Of a stretch of 64,000 bases of DNA, positions 51,374 to 62,246 are shown piece by piece. Made by a program: the position numbers and the translations under genes. The notes beneath the pieces are model-generated. The model worked only from the letters and a program-made list of their open reading frames with translations, was not told the DNA's origin and ran no database searches. Location: assembly GCA_022394755.1 (NCBI GenBank), contig JAGFCA010000005.1:94313-158312 (forward strand), written 5' to 3'. How positions within the stretch are numbered: the first letter of the stretch is position 1; every line of letters begins with the position of its first letter. This DNA is from Candidatus Poribacteria bacterium (GTDB lineage Bacteria; Poribacteria; WGA-4E; WGA-3G).

Positions 51374-51503
51374 ACGGTATGAATGCCTTAGGGCATTCCC
51401 CGGGTATGAATGCCTTAGAACATTCCCCAAGAAACAGCACCTACCGGTATGGAGAATTAGAATTACCGATATTTTCTTAACCCTCATTAGACATTCATAC
51501 CGT
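51374..51503. mobile_element. MITE-like/REP element with internal tandem duplication
   Basis: 12-bp terminal IR ACGGTATGAATG/CATTCATACCGT; GGTATGAATGCCTTAG(GG/AA)CATTCCCC present twice in tandem. Confidence 0.6.
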
Positions 51504-51558
51504 AACTTCTTGAATCCTTTCTCAGTATATCCACAAAAAGCATTACAGATTAACGACT

Positions 51559-52605
51559 CTATCCAGCCAATTCAGACAACTTAACTGTCTTCCCACCTGC
51601 TTCAGCAGATTGGTCAGCAGCAAACACAACACGGTGCGTTTCAAAGGCTGTATCAAAATCGGTCAAAGGCATCGGTTCATTTTTGGCTATACTATCAATA
51701 AATGCTTGGAACTGTGGTTCATACGGATGATCACTCACATCACCAGAATCTATGAGTGATGTTTCAAGATTACTCCATTTACTTTTATCCATACCTTTCA
51801 GCTTCGCAGAATAGATCTTATTATCAAGTAAACTTCCTTCACTGCCAACAAGATGAATATGGAAATAATAGGGTTGTAAACAATCTACACACGAAGTCAC
51901 CTTACCAATCTTGTGACCACCTTCAAACTTAAGTAGACTCACACTGGTTGTCTTATATTCATACGGTTGAAATACCTCTCCGGCAGATTGTGTATGATAA
52001 CTTGTTACCTCTTCAACACTTCCATCCATAAAAAACAGAAGTGCATCAAGTGCATGACATCCTGCAGTTAATAGAGTGCTCCCACCAAAATCCTTCTTAA
52101 TATTCCATTCATACTGACCATACCAAGGACCAATCCCATGGTAGTAATCTACTTCCGCATAGTGTAATTCTCCCAACAATCCATTATCAATTACTGAACG
52201 AATCATCGTGAAATGGGCACTGTAGCGACATTCAAAACAGACGCAAACATGGACACCATTACTCTTAACAGCATCCCGTATTGCTTTAGCTTCGTCGTAT
52301 GTCAAACAGATCGGTTTTTCAATGATGAGATGTTTTCCTGCTTCAGCAGCAGCAATCGCCTGTTCCGCATGAAACGGGTGAGGTGTACAGATATCAATAA
52401 TATGTACATCAGGATCAGCAAGCATCTTATCATAATCTGTATATGCTTTTAAGGGTGTCCCGTAAGTCTCCTCCAATACAGATTCATCATGTTCACGGCG
52501 AGAACAGATGGCAGTAACATCTGACCCAGTAACAGCTTTAAAGGCTTCAATATGTGCTCCAGCAACCCAACCAAGACCAACAATACCAACATTATGGTTT
52601 CCCAT
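51559..52605 (-). CDS. Gfo/Idh/MocA family oxidoreductase
   Basis: [20 protein letters not shown]...EKP, G.H.LD; ATG 52605 after AGGAG. Confidence 0.92.
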   Translation of the reverse strand: MGNHNVGIVGLGWVAGAHIEAFKAVTGSDVTAICSRREHDESVLEETYGTPLKAYTDYDKMLADPDVHIIDICTPHPFHAEQAIAAAEAGKHLIIEKPICLTYDEAKAIRDAVKSNGVHVCVCFECRYSAHFTMIRSVIDNGLLGELHYAEVDYYHGIGPWYGQYEWNIKKDFGGSTLLTAGCHALDALLFFMDGSVEEVTSYHTQSAGEVFQPYEYKTTSVSLLKFEGGHKIGKVTSCVDCLQPYYFHIHLVGSEGSLLDNKIYSAKLKGMDKSKWSNLETSLIDSGDVSDHPYEPQFQAFIDSIAKNEPMPLTDFDTAFETHRVVFAADQSAEAGGKTVKLSELAG

Positions 52606-52827
52606 GTTTTTTCTCCTTATTTCAATATGTTTCTGACATTTTACCATAGATTTTGATTTTATGGATGCATAATGATGAACTATTTAGTGTATACCTGTAA
52701 TAGTAGCTTTGGTGAATTATATGCGAAAAATTTCAATCACAGGATTAGCAAAAATCCGGGGAATTTACGGAGTAGACAATAAACATCATCTTAAATACCA
52801 CAATCACTTATCTGATAAAAATATTTT

Positions 52828-52857
52828 TTGACTTAAATGTAGTGGATATGCTATAAT
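52828..52857 (+). promoter_or_regulatory. Putative guaB promoter
   Basis: TTGACT-18 bp-TATAAT with TG extension. Confidence 0.6.
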
Positions 52858-52927
52858 TTATGGGAATATCAAGGCATAAAGTTATAACTGTTTTGTTAAT
52901 TCTCACCCACCTAATCGGCATTATTAA

Positions 52928-54439
<1,512 letters not shown>

Positions 54440-54511
54440 CCGTACAACTTTTTATTATTATATAAATTTGGTAAGACAAAAACTTAATTTCTAATCAGAA
54501 AGGATACGTTT

Positions 54512-55060
54512 ATGAAGGTTAATGAAGAGATGTCATTTTGGGATAGGCTTTATATTCCTGCCCTGCTTAAGGGTATGTTTACTACCTTGAAGCACATCCC
54601 TAAAAAGAAATTGACTGTACAATATCCCGAAGATCCAAGAAGTGTTAATGAACGAAATGATCGGTATCGTGGGATTCACAAACTAACAAAAACAGAAAAA
54701 GACGAAATCAAGTGTGTTGCATGTTTCTTATGTGCGACGGCATGTCCAGCGGACTGTATTACTATACAAGCAGCGCCTGCCCCTGAGGGATGGACAACGA
54801 AAGAAGGATATCAACGAGAAAAATATCCAGATGTTTTTGAGATCAACATGTTACGGTGTATATTCTGTGGATATTGTGTTGAAGCATGTCCAGAAGATGC
54901 AATTCGGATGACTGGTCTCACATTACCACAATATTTCCGTGAACAGCAAACCGAAAACCAGAAACTCGGTAGCTCACGAAGTGACTTCATCTTTTCACGT
55001 GATATGTTAGTGGCAAATAATAACATAGTTCAAGATGGACTTAGCGTGGACGCCAAGTAA
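54512..55060 (+). CDS. nuoI: NADH-quinone oxidoreductase subunit I-like 2x[4Fe-4S] protein
   Basis: TVQYPE, RYRG.H.L, CVACFLCATACP, INMLRCIFCGYCVEACP. Confidence 0.88.
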   Translation: MKVNEEMSFWDRLYIPALLKGMFTTLKHIPKKKLTVQYPEDPRSVNERNDRYRGIHKLTKTEKDEIKCVACFLCATACPADCITIQAAPAPEGWTTKEGYQREKYPDVFEINMLRCIFCGYCVEACPEDAIRMTGLTLPQYFREQQTENQKLGSSRSDFIFSRDMLVANNNIVQDGLSVDAK

Positions 55061-55150
55061 GAAACACTAACCCTATAGACCAATCTTCAATAAGGTGCTT
55101 TGTATTACAGACAGTTTCAGCTTTTATGTGAATTTGTCTGTGAGTTTTCT

Positions 55151-55711
55151 ATGATTTCACACCCTCCATTTCCAGATAAACAGTATCAAATACTTTATGC
55201 AGACCCTCCATGGGACTATAAAGGGCAACTTCAACACACCGGTACCGGTGGTAAAGATAGTGGTGGTGCAGTTAAACATTATCCTACCATATCAGTTTCA
55301 GATATGGCAGAATGGAATGTTGCATCTATCTCCTCTACTAATTGCCTACTCTTTATGTGGAGTTCATCACCCCATCTTGACCAAGCAATCGCTTTAGGAA
55401 AAGCATGGGGATTCCGATGGGCAACTGTAGCTTTTGTATGGGATAAATGTAGGGTTAATCCAGGCTTTTATACGATGAGCCAGTGTGAATTATGTCTCGT
55501 TTTCAAGCGCGGTGTAATACCACAACCCAGAGGGATGCGGAATACAAGACAGCTTGTACAAGCAAAACGAACACGACATTCTGAAAAACCAGATGAAGTA
55601 CGTAAACGGATTGAAGAAATGTTTCCAAATCAGAGTAAACTTGAACTATTTGCAAGAAAAAAAGTTGACGGATGGGATGTCTGGGGACTTGAGATCAAAC
55701 AAGATTTTTAA
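55151..55711 (+). CDS. MT-A70 family adenine methyltransferase
   Basis: YADPPW, LFMW, WGF.....F.W.K, E.CL...RG, HS.KP, LELFAR....W..WG. Confidence 0.92.
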   Translation: MISHPPFPDKQYQILYADPPWDYKGQLQHTGTGGKDSGGAVKHYPTISVSDMAEWNVASISSTNCLLFMWSSSPHLDQAIALGKAWGFRWATVAFVWDKCRVNPGFYTMSQCELCLVFKRGVIPQPRGMRNTRQLVQAKRTRHSEKPDEVRKRIEEMFPNQSKLELFARKKVDGWDVWGLEIKQDF

Positions 55712-56044
55712 TAGATTATAGGTACAACGGATTCATACATATTTAACTTTTACACTACATATTTTCTTTCATATTTAAATTATATATATATCATAATCTA
55801 TTTAATATACCATACCTCAATGACATTATCTATAAATGGCACATTTTCTTAGAAATAAAAGAAGAAATTATAATCTAAAATCTTAAGAATTGAAAATATA
55901 TGGCAAACGTGTAACTTTAGGAAAATAGCATAATACCTACTTTACATAGGTTCATTATTTCACCATATATTCTTCAGGTCTATGTAAGTAAGAATTACAC
56001 TTCATAGATTTAGACCTGTTTGGAGGACATGCAATAATTGCACA

Positions 56045-58804
56045 ATGCAAGATATATCGCTAAATTTTCAATCTGACTCGTTATTACTGTTAACTGATAA
56101 ACTTAAAGCAAGTGTTGAAGGACGTATGAGTTGGGGAGATACATTTGGAATCGGCCTTGGGGGAAAGAATAAGAAACATTTAATTGTTTGGACACCTAAG
56201 GAAACATCGGAAAGTCAGATTCTTCCGGCTTTCGATTCTGAAGATGGACAACTTACCCTAAAAATGAAACACCGTCCAGGAGCCTGGGTATCTTGGATAG
56301 ACGAAACAAAGATACAGAACAATGCTCTTGATGATTATGACAGGGTTAACAAAAGCATACAAGAATTAGAACGGAATATACGACAAATCAGTGATTTTGC
56401 TGATGGGGTAATTACGGATATCACCGTTCAACATTTAGGAAAATCTCTAACCCTTTCTGATCTTACAGAAGAAGTACTACAATCACGTTTAGTCGTCCCG
56501 AATACTATTAAAACAGGAGCTTATGTACTTACAAGCATGGAGAATGCTGAAAATTCTTCAAGCAAAGTAGTTATTCCTGAACAAACTCATATTAACCGAT
56601 TGCACCTTAACGAAGATATTGTTCTCACCGAAATTGAGAATGGTGCCTACGATACCGTGTTAAGTATCGTTCGTACACACATAAAGAATTATCCTGACCT
56701 AATTGACTTAGGAAGCAGTCTCTCCCTTCAAAATCAATTTAGGAATGATGATGAACCTAATGCAGATCCATCAGTCAGAGTATTACCTACTGCAGCAGTA
56801 TATAATCCACTTGAACCTAAACAACTTCGGTTGGTCTCACTTCAATTCACCGCTACTCAAGATGATATAGAAAATACCATTACTGAGTCAACAAAGAAAA
56901 TTGAAGATTATATGGGAAAGGTGAATCAGCATGCATATAACCTGATGACTGAATTCCATCAAGGTGTGGAAAGCAGGCTCAAAGCTCTGATGTTAAATAA
57001 TGGTCAACGGATTCACAATAAAGTCTGGGATGATCTCGTTATACAAGAACTCAAAAACACAATGTCTGCGTTCACTGAGTACTATAAAGAATATATTGGT
57101 GAGGAATTTGATCAAGACTCTATAGATATTATAACGACGAAACTTACGGAGTGTATTGATCTGATCATTCAATCTTGGCACTTACAGGAGACACAACAAT
57201 ATACACTCAATCATATGATCCAATCCAGTTATACTATAACAAATCAGATCTGTGATTTTGCTGTTGCACTCTACCATGATATGTTATTTGAAAAGGACTT
57301 CATATCAACCGGTTTTGTCAATCCTGTGAATGTTACTGTCCTTCAGGACGATGTAGTACAAGACGAATTATCTCTTCCTGAATGGACCTCTGGAACAATT
57401 CGTGAAAAATTGACAGGGATCGGATTAAGTTCATCAATGCATCCATCCCAAATTGAAAGACTTCGAAAGGTATGGTTGGCTCTTCTTGAAATTGCAAACC
57501 ATGCTAACCAACATAGTTGCGAATTTGAAGGGATAATTGAACCAATACAAACCGTAATACTGGCTACAAAATCCTCACCTAATGGACGAAGTACAAGAAC
57601 TGGAAAGCAGAAACAACAGACTTTCCCCGGTTTTGATGTTGATGAGTCAGATCTAAACGAGATTCTTACAGAAATTGAAAGTAATTTTACAATTATTAAG
57701 CAATGGATTGAACACGCACCTTCAGAATCTAAATCTCTCAACTCTTATTTCACTACAATGTGGGCACTAATTCTAAATGGAAAATACAGAGAAAGACTGT
57801 TAGGGGAACTAAAACCTACATGTGAGATTAACCTTAGTGTACCCGACCAAACAAAGAGATTAATTAATCTTACTTTGGGAAGTCAACTTGTCATTGAAAA
57901 CGAAAAAGATCGTAAGACCTTAGAACGAAATTTAAATCGCGCACTTGCTGCTAAAACAGGATATAATTTACGAGATATTACAAATCAAGAAAAACTTGCT
58001 ATACATGGGGACATGACTCTCGCTCTCCTACGGGAAGAATTAGAAAGATACGATGAATCTCTCACTAAGAAAGTTAGTCGCTCGGTAACACCAAGCCGGA
58101 AAAGCAAAAAAAGAAACTCCAATAATGGGAAAAACAACGATAATCTAACTCCTGAAAATATTAAGGCAGAACAGATGAAAGTTCAGGAAATGATAGAATT
58201 CTTGAAACCTTATGGCGAAGCTAAATCCATCAGAATACTTGCTAAAGTTGGACTTAATAGAAATACATCAGAACTTGAACAGATACGTAAGAAGCAAGTA
58301 CTTAGTTTCGACCTAAATGAACTCCCTTCAATCAGTGAAACTTGGCTCACTGATATCAAGACTTCAGAGGATTATCCAAATTTGCGAGTTTTCTTACTAC
58401 AAAATGAACTACCGATTTCTACGACAGGACGCATCTTGATGGAGTTAAAAAACAATCTGCCTGAATCACTATTTAACCAAGTCTTAGGGTTAATTCAGGA
58501 GGTTAAAGAACTTCAAAAGAGCAGTTATGAGGGTGAACCGTTAGACAGATTTATTTCATATATATCGGAAAAAGTCTGGAGATGGGAACTCACACAGATT
58601 ACAACACAAGAACTTCCTGTTGTTGTGAAAGAAAAAGTCCTAACCTCAGCAATTTGTTATGAGAAAGAGGTAGAAAATCTAATGGAATATGTCGAGCGAT
58701 ATGATGAATTATTAGAAACTAAACTAAAAGCCGATTCAGAAATGGATGTACAACGTGAAAAACTTGAAACAAGGTTTCAAGAAATCGTTGAATCACTTCT
58801 ATAG
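56045..58804 (+). CDS. Large hypothetical protein (919 aa, largely helical/coiled-coil)
   Basis: Long uninterrupted ORF; no signal peptide, TM helix, P-loop or other motif recognised. Confidence 0.8.
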   Translation: MQDISLNFQSDSLLLLTDKLKASVEGRMSWGDTFGIGLGGKNKKHLIVWTPKETSESQILPAFDSEDGQLTLKMKHRPGAWVSWIDETKIQNNALDDYDRVNKSIQELERNIRQISDFADGVITDITVQHLGKSLTLSDLTEEVLQSRLVVPNTIKTGAYVLTSMENAENSSSKVVIPEQTHINRLHLNEDIVLTEIENGAYDTVLSIVRTHIKNYPDLIDLGSSLSLQNQFRNDDEPNADPSVRVLPTAAVYNPLEPKQLRLVSLQFTATQDDIENTITESTKKIEDYMGKVNQHAYNLMTEFHQGVESRLKALMLNNGQRIHNKVWDDLVIQELKNTMSAFTEYYKEYIGEEFDQDSIDIITTKLTECIDLIIQSWHLQETQQYTLNHMIQSSYTITNQICDFAVALYHDMLFEKDFISTGFVNPVNVTVLQDDVVQDELSLPEWTSGTIREKLTGIGLSSSMHPSQIERLRKVWLALLEIANHANQHSCEFEGIIEPIQTVILATKSSPNGRSTRTGKQKQQTFPGFDVDESDLNEILTEIESNFTIIKQWIEHAPSESKSLNSYFTTMWALILNGKYRERLLGELKPTCEINLSVPDQTKRLINLTLGSQLVIENEKDRKTLERNLNRALAAKTGYNLRDITNQEKLAIHGDMTLALLREELERYDESLTKKVSRSVTPSRKSKKRNSNNGKNNDNLTPENIKAEQMKVQEMIEFLKPYGEAKSIRILAKVGLNRNTSELEQIRKKQVLSFDLNELPSISETWLTDIKTSEDYPNLRVFLLQNELPISTTGRILMELKNNLPESLFNQVLGLIQEVKELQKSSYEGEPLDRFISYISEKVWRWELTQITTQELPVVVKEKVLTSAICYEKEVENLMEYVERYDELLETKLKADSEMDVQREKLETRFQEIVESLL

Positions 58805-58815
58805 GGAAAAGATCT

Positions 58816-59721
58816 ATGAAAATAGCAATTATAGGTTCCAGACAAATAGCGCAAACGGTTGCATGGGGTATTTCTCATACTGAATTAGCTCAAAAGATCG
58901 TCATTTACTCTGATAGCCAATTTGAAGGAAAACGTATTAATAGGAATTACAGAACGACTGACATAAGGGATATAATACTTGCTGGTGCAACAAGTAATAG
59001 CGATACAGATATAACTATTACAGATTCACCAGATAAATTATCAAAATCGGACATAGTTTTACTTCTTCCTGCTGAACAACCAGTGGGGTATCGTTCAAAT
59101 CAAGGGTTGAAAAAGTTGAATTTATCTATAATTCAACATGTAATCCCCACTATTCATGAATATATCTCCAATTCAAAGATATTGGTCGGCATGCAAAATG
59201 CAAACTATATTTCAGCATGGATACACCATTCTATAGGATCTAATAATGTCATCGGTATTTCAAATGGAATTGCAACTGCACAACTAAAAGCTACAATTGC
59301 CAATAAACTCAGATTATCTGTGAAAGACATATCTGCCTTAGCTATAGGAAATGATTCTATTACATATCCATTACCACAATATTGTAGAGTAAACGGTATA
59401 CCGCTTTCGCAACTGTTAGATGAAACAAGAGTTAAAGACATCTCCAATTCTCTATCAGATTTTAATGACAACCAATTGGATAGTATATACACATTAACAA
59501 GCCATATCCTTGAAATTGTGTCCGCAATTGCATTAGATAAAAAACGGGTCATGAGTGTTGGGACATTAATATCGACGGATTCTACATCTGTATTCATAAA
59601 TGTACCATCTAAGATCGGTGGTGATGGCATAGAAGGCATAATCCCATTAGAACTCACTGACACCCAACGGGAGCAATTCACACAACTCGTTGCACAAAGT
59701 GCTACGGATCAATCCTTTTAA
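58816..59721 (+). CDS. Malate/lactate dehydrogenase-fold protein lacking catalytic residues
   Basis: MKIAIIG, SDIV.L, V.GIPL..LL, I..D.KR, VP..IG..GIE.I..LEL...E...F match the MDH scaffold; GxGxxG, NP, DxxR and GxHG are absent. Confidence 0.75.
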   Translation: MKIAIIGSRQIAQTVAWGISHTELAQKIVIYSDSQFEGKRINRNYRTTDIRDIILAGATSNSDTDITITDSPDKLSKSDIVLLLPAEQPVGYRSNQGLKKLNLSIIQHVIPTIHEYISNSKILVGMQNANYISAWIHHSIGSNNVIGISNGIATAQLKATIANKLRLSVKDISALAIGNDSITYPLPQYCRVNGIPLSQLLDETRVKDISNSLSDFNDNQLDSIYTLTSHILEIVSAIALDKKRVMSVGTLISTDSTSVFINVPSKIGGDGIEGIIPLELTDTQREQFTQLVAQSATDQSF

Positions 59722-59812
59722 TCGTTTTTATTCTTACAGAAATCTATCCACATTCTACAGAAGTTATCGGCTTACATGATTCTCAGTTCTCCTTAACAAT
59801 GGAGTTGCATTC

Positions 59813-60928
59813 GTGAGAGAAATCTATAAAAAAATCCCACAATTAATTGAATCCGATCAATACGGAGCATATTGTACTGTAGTTGAAACAAAGGGTTCAA
59901 CCCCGCAGAAACCCGGTTCGAAATTATTAATTCTTCCAAATTTAAAGAATATCGGCACCCTCGGTGGTGGTTGTGTTGAAGCGGAAGCAAGACGTCAAGC
60001 AATCGGATTAATGCAGGAAGGTGAACCGAGACTCCTTGAATTTCAGTTAGATAGTGATTATGGGTGGGATGATGGTCTCATTTGTGGTGGGAACATGAAG
60101 ATTTTCATTGATATACCGAAATCTACTAATGAAGCAGAAATATATTTACAACTGCAGCAACTCAACTACGCTAAAGTTCCACTTGTCTGTGCAACTGTTG
60201 TTGAAAGTGATCAACAGAATGTTCAAGTCGGTATGAAAAGGGTTTATGCTACCAATGGAGATCGTATCGGAACATTAGGAAATACTACTTTAGAAGAAGA
60301 TATTGAGAAGAAGATCTCTGAAGTTCTTGAACAAAATCAGGCAGAATTAATCCAAACAGAAGATAAGATGTCTGTTTTTCTGGAACCACTTCAACCAAGA
60401 CCCACATTACTTATTGCTGGGGCTGGACATGTGGGTCAAGCTCTCTGTCGTCTTGGAACCTGGTTAGATTTCGATGTTACGATTGTTGATGATCGGGCTG
60501 ATTTCGCATCAACTGAACGGTTACCTGAAGCTGACGAAATTATCATCGGTGACATTGCTGAAGAATTAGGGAAATACCCAAAAAATCATCTTACCTATGT
60601 CGTTATAGTGACACGCGGACACCAACACGACGAATCTGCACTTCATAGTGTTGTTGAATCTGATGCACGCTACATCGGATTGATTGGAAGTAGAAGAAAG
60701 ATAAAACTCATTTTTGATGATCTACAGGATGAAGGCGTTCCAATTGAAAAACTAAAAAGAGTTTATGCACCTATCGGACTACATATCAACTCCAAAACTG
60801 TTCCGGAAATTGCTGTTAGTATAGCATCACAATTAATTCAGATTCGAAATGGAGACGGTAAAGGACAGTCCTTCGATGAAAAACCGTCCAATATGCCTAC
60901 AATAAGATTCTTGGAGAAATCAGAATGA
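59813..60928 (+). CDS. XdhC/CoxI family molybdoenzyme maturation factor
   Basis: GSTP..PG, GTLGGGCVE, GLICGG, GAGHVG, TRGH..D, YIG.IGS..K, PIGL.I...T..EIA.SI. Confidence 0.93.
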   Translation: MREIYKKIPQLIESDQYGAYCTVVETKGSTPQKPGSKLLILPNLKNIGTLGGGCVEAEARRQAIGLMQEGEPRLLEFQLDSDYGWDDGLICGGNMKIFIDIPKSTNEAEIYLQLQQLNYAKVPLVCATVVESDQQNVQVGMKRVYATNGDRIGTLGNTTLEEDIEKKISEVLEQNQAELIQTEDKMSVFLEPLQPRPTLLIAGAGHVGQALCRLGTWLDFDVTIVDDRADFASTERLPEADEIIIGDIAEELGKYPKNHLTYVVIVTRGHQHDESALHSVVESDARYIGLIGSRRKIKLIFDDLQDEGVPIEKLKRVYAPIGLHINSKTVPEIAVSIASQLIQIRNGDGKGQSFDEKPSNMPTIRFLEKSE

Positions 60929-61266
60929 ACCAAATAAAATTACAAGAGAATAAGTCTTACTCTTTAGCAGAAGTTGTTGAACTTGTTCAAACAACCCTTG
61001 ATGCTGTGAAGGATAAGTCTGATAACTCTGAATTACAATATACAACTACCGATGTATACTGGGTAATACATGACATGTTGAGGTATATTAATCGAAATGT
61101 ACAGGGTGAATTTTCATTACGTCGTAAAGAAAAAGGAACTTATAGGGTTGCATATACAACTGAAGAATCTGGCCAACAAAAGGCAAAAAACAAACTAAAT
61201 TCTGAAGTAAAACAGACAGCAGATTACTTAGAAAACTTAACTGGACGACGACCCCCGTGGGGCTAA
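60925..61266 (+). CDS. Hypothetical protein
   Basis: ATGA-coupled to XdhC with GGAG RBS; no recognised motif. Confidence 0.65.
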   Translation: MNQIKLQENKSYSLAEVVELVQTTLDAVKDKSDNSELQYTTTDVYWVIHDMLRYINRNVQGEFSLRRKEKGTYRVAYTTEESGQQKAKNKLNSEVKQTADYLENLTGRRPPWG

Positions 61267-61293
61267 ACCTCTAATGTTCAGGGAGAAAAACCT

Positions 61294-62190
61294 GTGAATC
61301 AAGAATCAAACTATAACGTTGAAGACATTGAACTATCTGTAGATTCATTAGACGTAGAAAAAGCAGCAGACATTTTTGAAGAACATGGATGTCTTGTTGT
61401 ACGCGGGTTAATGAAACCTTACATTGAAAAAATAAATCAGGATATGGAGGCGGCAGCATCTGAATCCTTAGCACTGATTGACGAAGCAGAGAAGATTGTT
61501 GAGGGATGGCGAACACCAAATGGAACACTTTTCATTCCTGCACCCGATGGATATGATAGAGATAAACAGATTATGGTGTTGGCAATGAATTATCAGACAA
61601 GTGGAGCGTTCTTTCAATCTGCTTTTGATGAAAATGCAATAAGGATTGTTGAAGCAATTTTAGGTCCAAATGTAGAGATATTCGGCAACGGTCAGTGTCT
61701 ATATAAGGAACCTGTTGGTGGACATCCCAAACACCTACATCAGGATTCAGCATATTTTGAACATCGTTACCAAGGACCTGTCGGCATACTAAACTATGTT
61801 GTGGATACCGATCTTGTTAACGGTGCTTTACATGTTGTACCTGGATCACATAAACTCGGACAACTGAAACATGTCGATACCTTCTCGCATCTCGGTTTAG
61901 AAGAGGATGAATGGCCATGGGAGCGTTCGCTTCCTGTTATTGGCAAGGCAGGAGATTCGATATTCTTTAATGTAAAGACAATACACGGCTCAAAACAGAA
62001 TATGTCTGACAAACCACGACCTGTCTTCATCAATCGTTATCGTCGTACAGATGACTTTGTAATCATCGGTGGAACAACAGCACAAAATCGGGCTGAAGCG
62101 GAAAAACGTGCTGCAGCTGCAGAGGAAGCAAAAAAAGCCAATTCCGATCGCGGTTTGATGGTTCGAGGGTTCCGTCCATTTTCTGCTTAG
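61294..62190 (+). CDS. Phytanoyl-CoA dioxygenase (PhyH) family protein
   Basis: HQDSAY, NGAL.VVPGSHK, KAGD..FF...IHGS..N.S..R; GTG start after GGGAG. Confidence 0.92.
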   Translation: MNQESNYNVEDIELSVDSLDVEKAADIFEEHGCLVVRGLMKPYIEKINQDMEAAASESLALIDEAEKIVEGWRTPNGTLFIPAPDGYDRDKQIMVLAMNYQTSGAFFQSAFDENAIRIVEAILGPNVEIFGNGQCLYKEPVGGHPKHLHQDSAYFEHRYQGPVGILNYVVDTDLVNGALHVVPGSHKLGQLKHVDTFSHLGLEEDEWPWERSLPVIGKAGDSIFFNVKTIHGSKQNMSDKPRPVFINRYRRTDDFVIIGGTTAQNRAEAEKRAAAAEEAKKANSDRGLMVRGFRPFSA

Positions 62191-62212
62191 AAAATATCCA
62201 GTAGAATTGAAT

Positions 62213-62240
62213 GCCACTCTTAACAGGGTGGCTTTTTCTT
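62213..62240 (+). terminator. Rho-independent terminator
   Basis: GCCACTCT-TAAC-AGGGTGGC followed by TTTTTCTT. Confidence 0.75.
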
Positions 62241-62246
62241 TTCTGC

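Noticed and set aside
51366..51584. 72-aa ORF with duplicated YECLR.FP
   Set aside because: Explained by the DNA tandem repeat in the MITE-like element; not convincing as a RiPP precursor.
56045..58804. SMC, dynamin or Cas effector identity for the 919-aa protein
   Set aside because: No Walker A/B, GTPase, RuvC, HNH or HEPN motif could be recognised.
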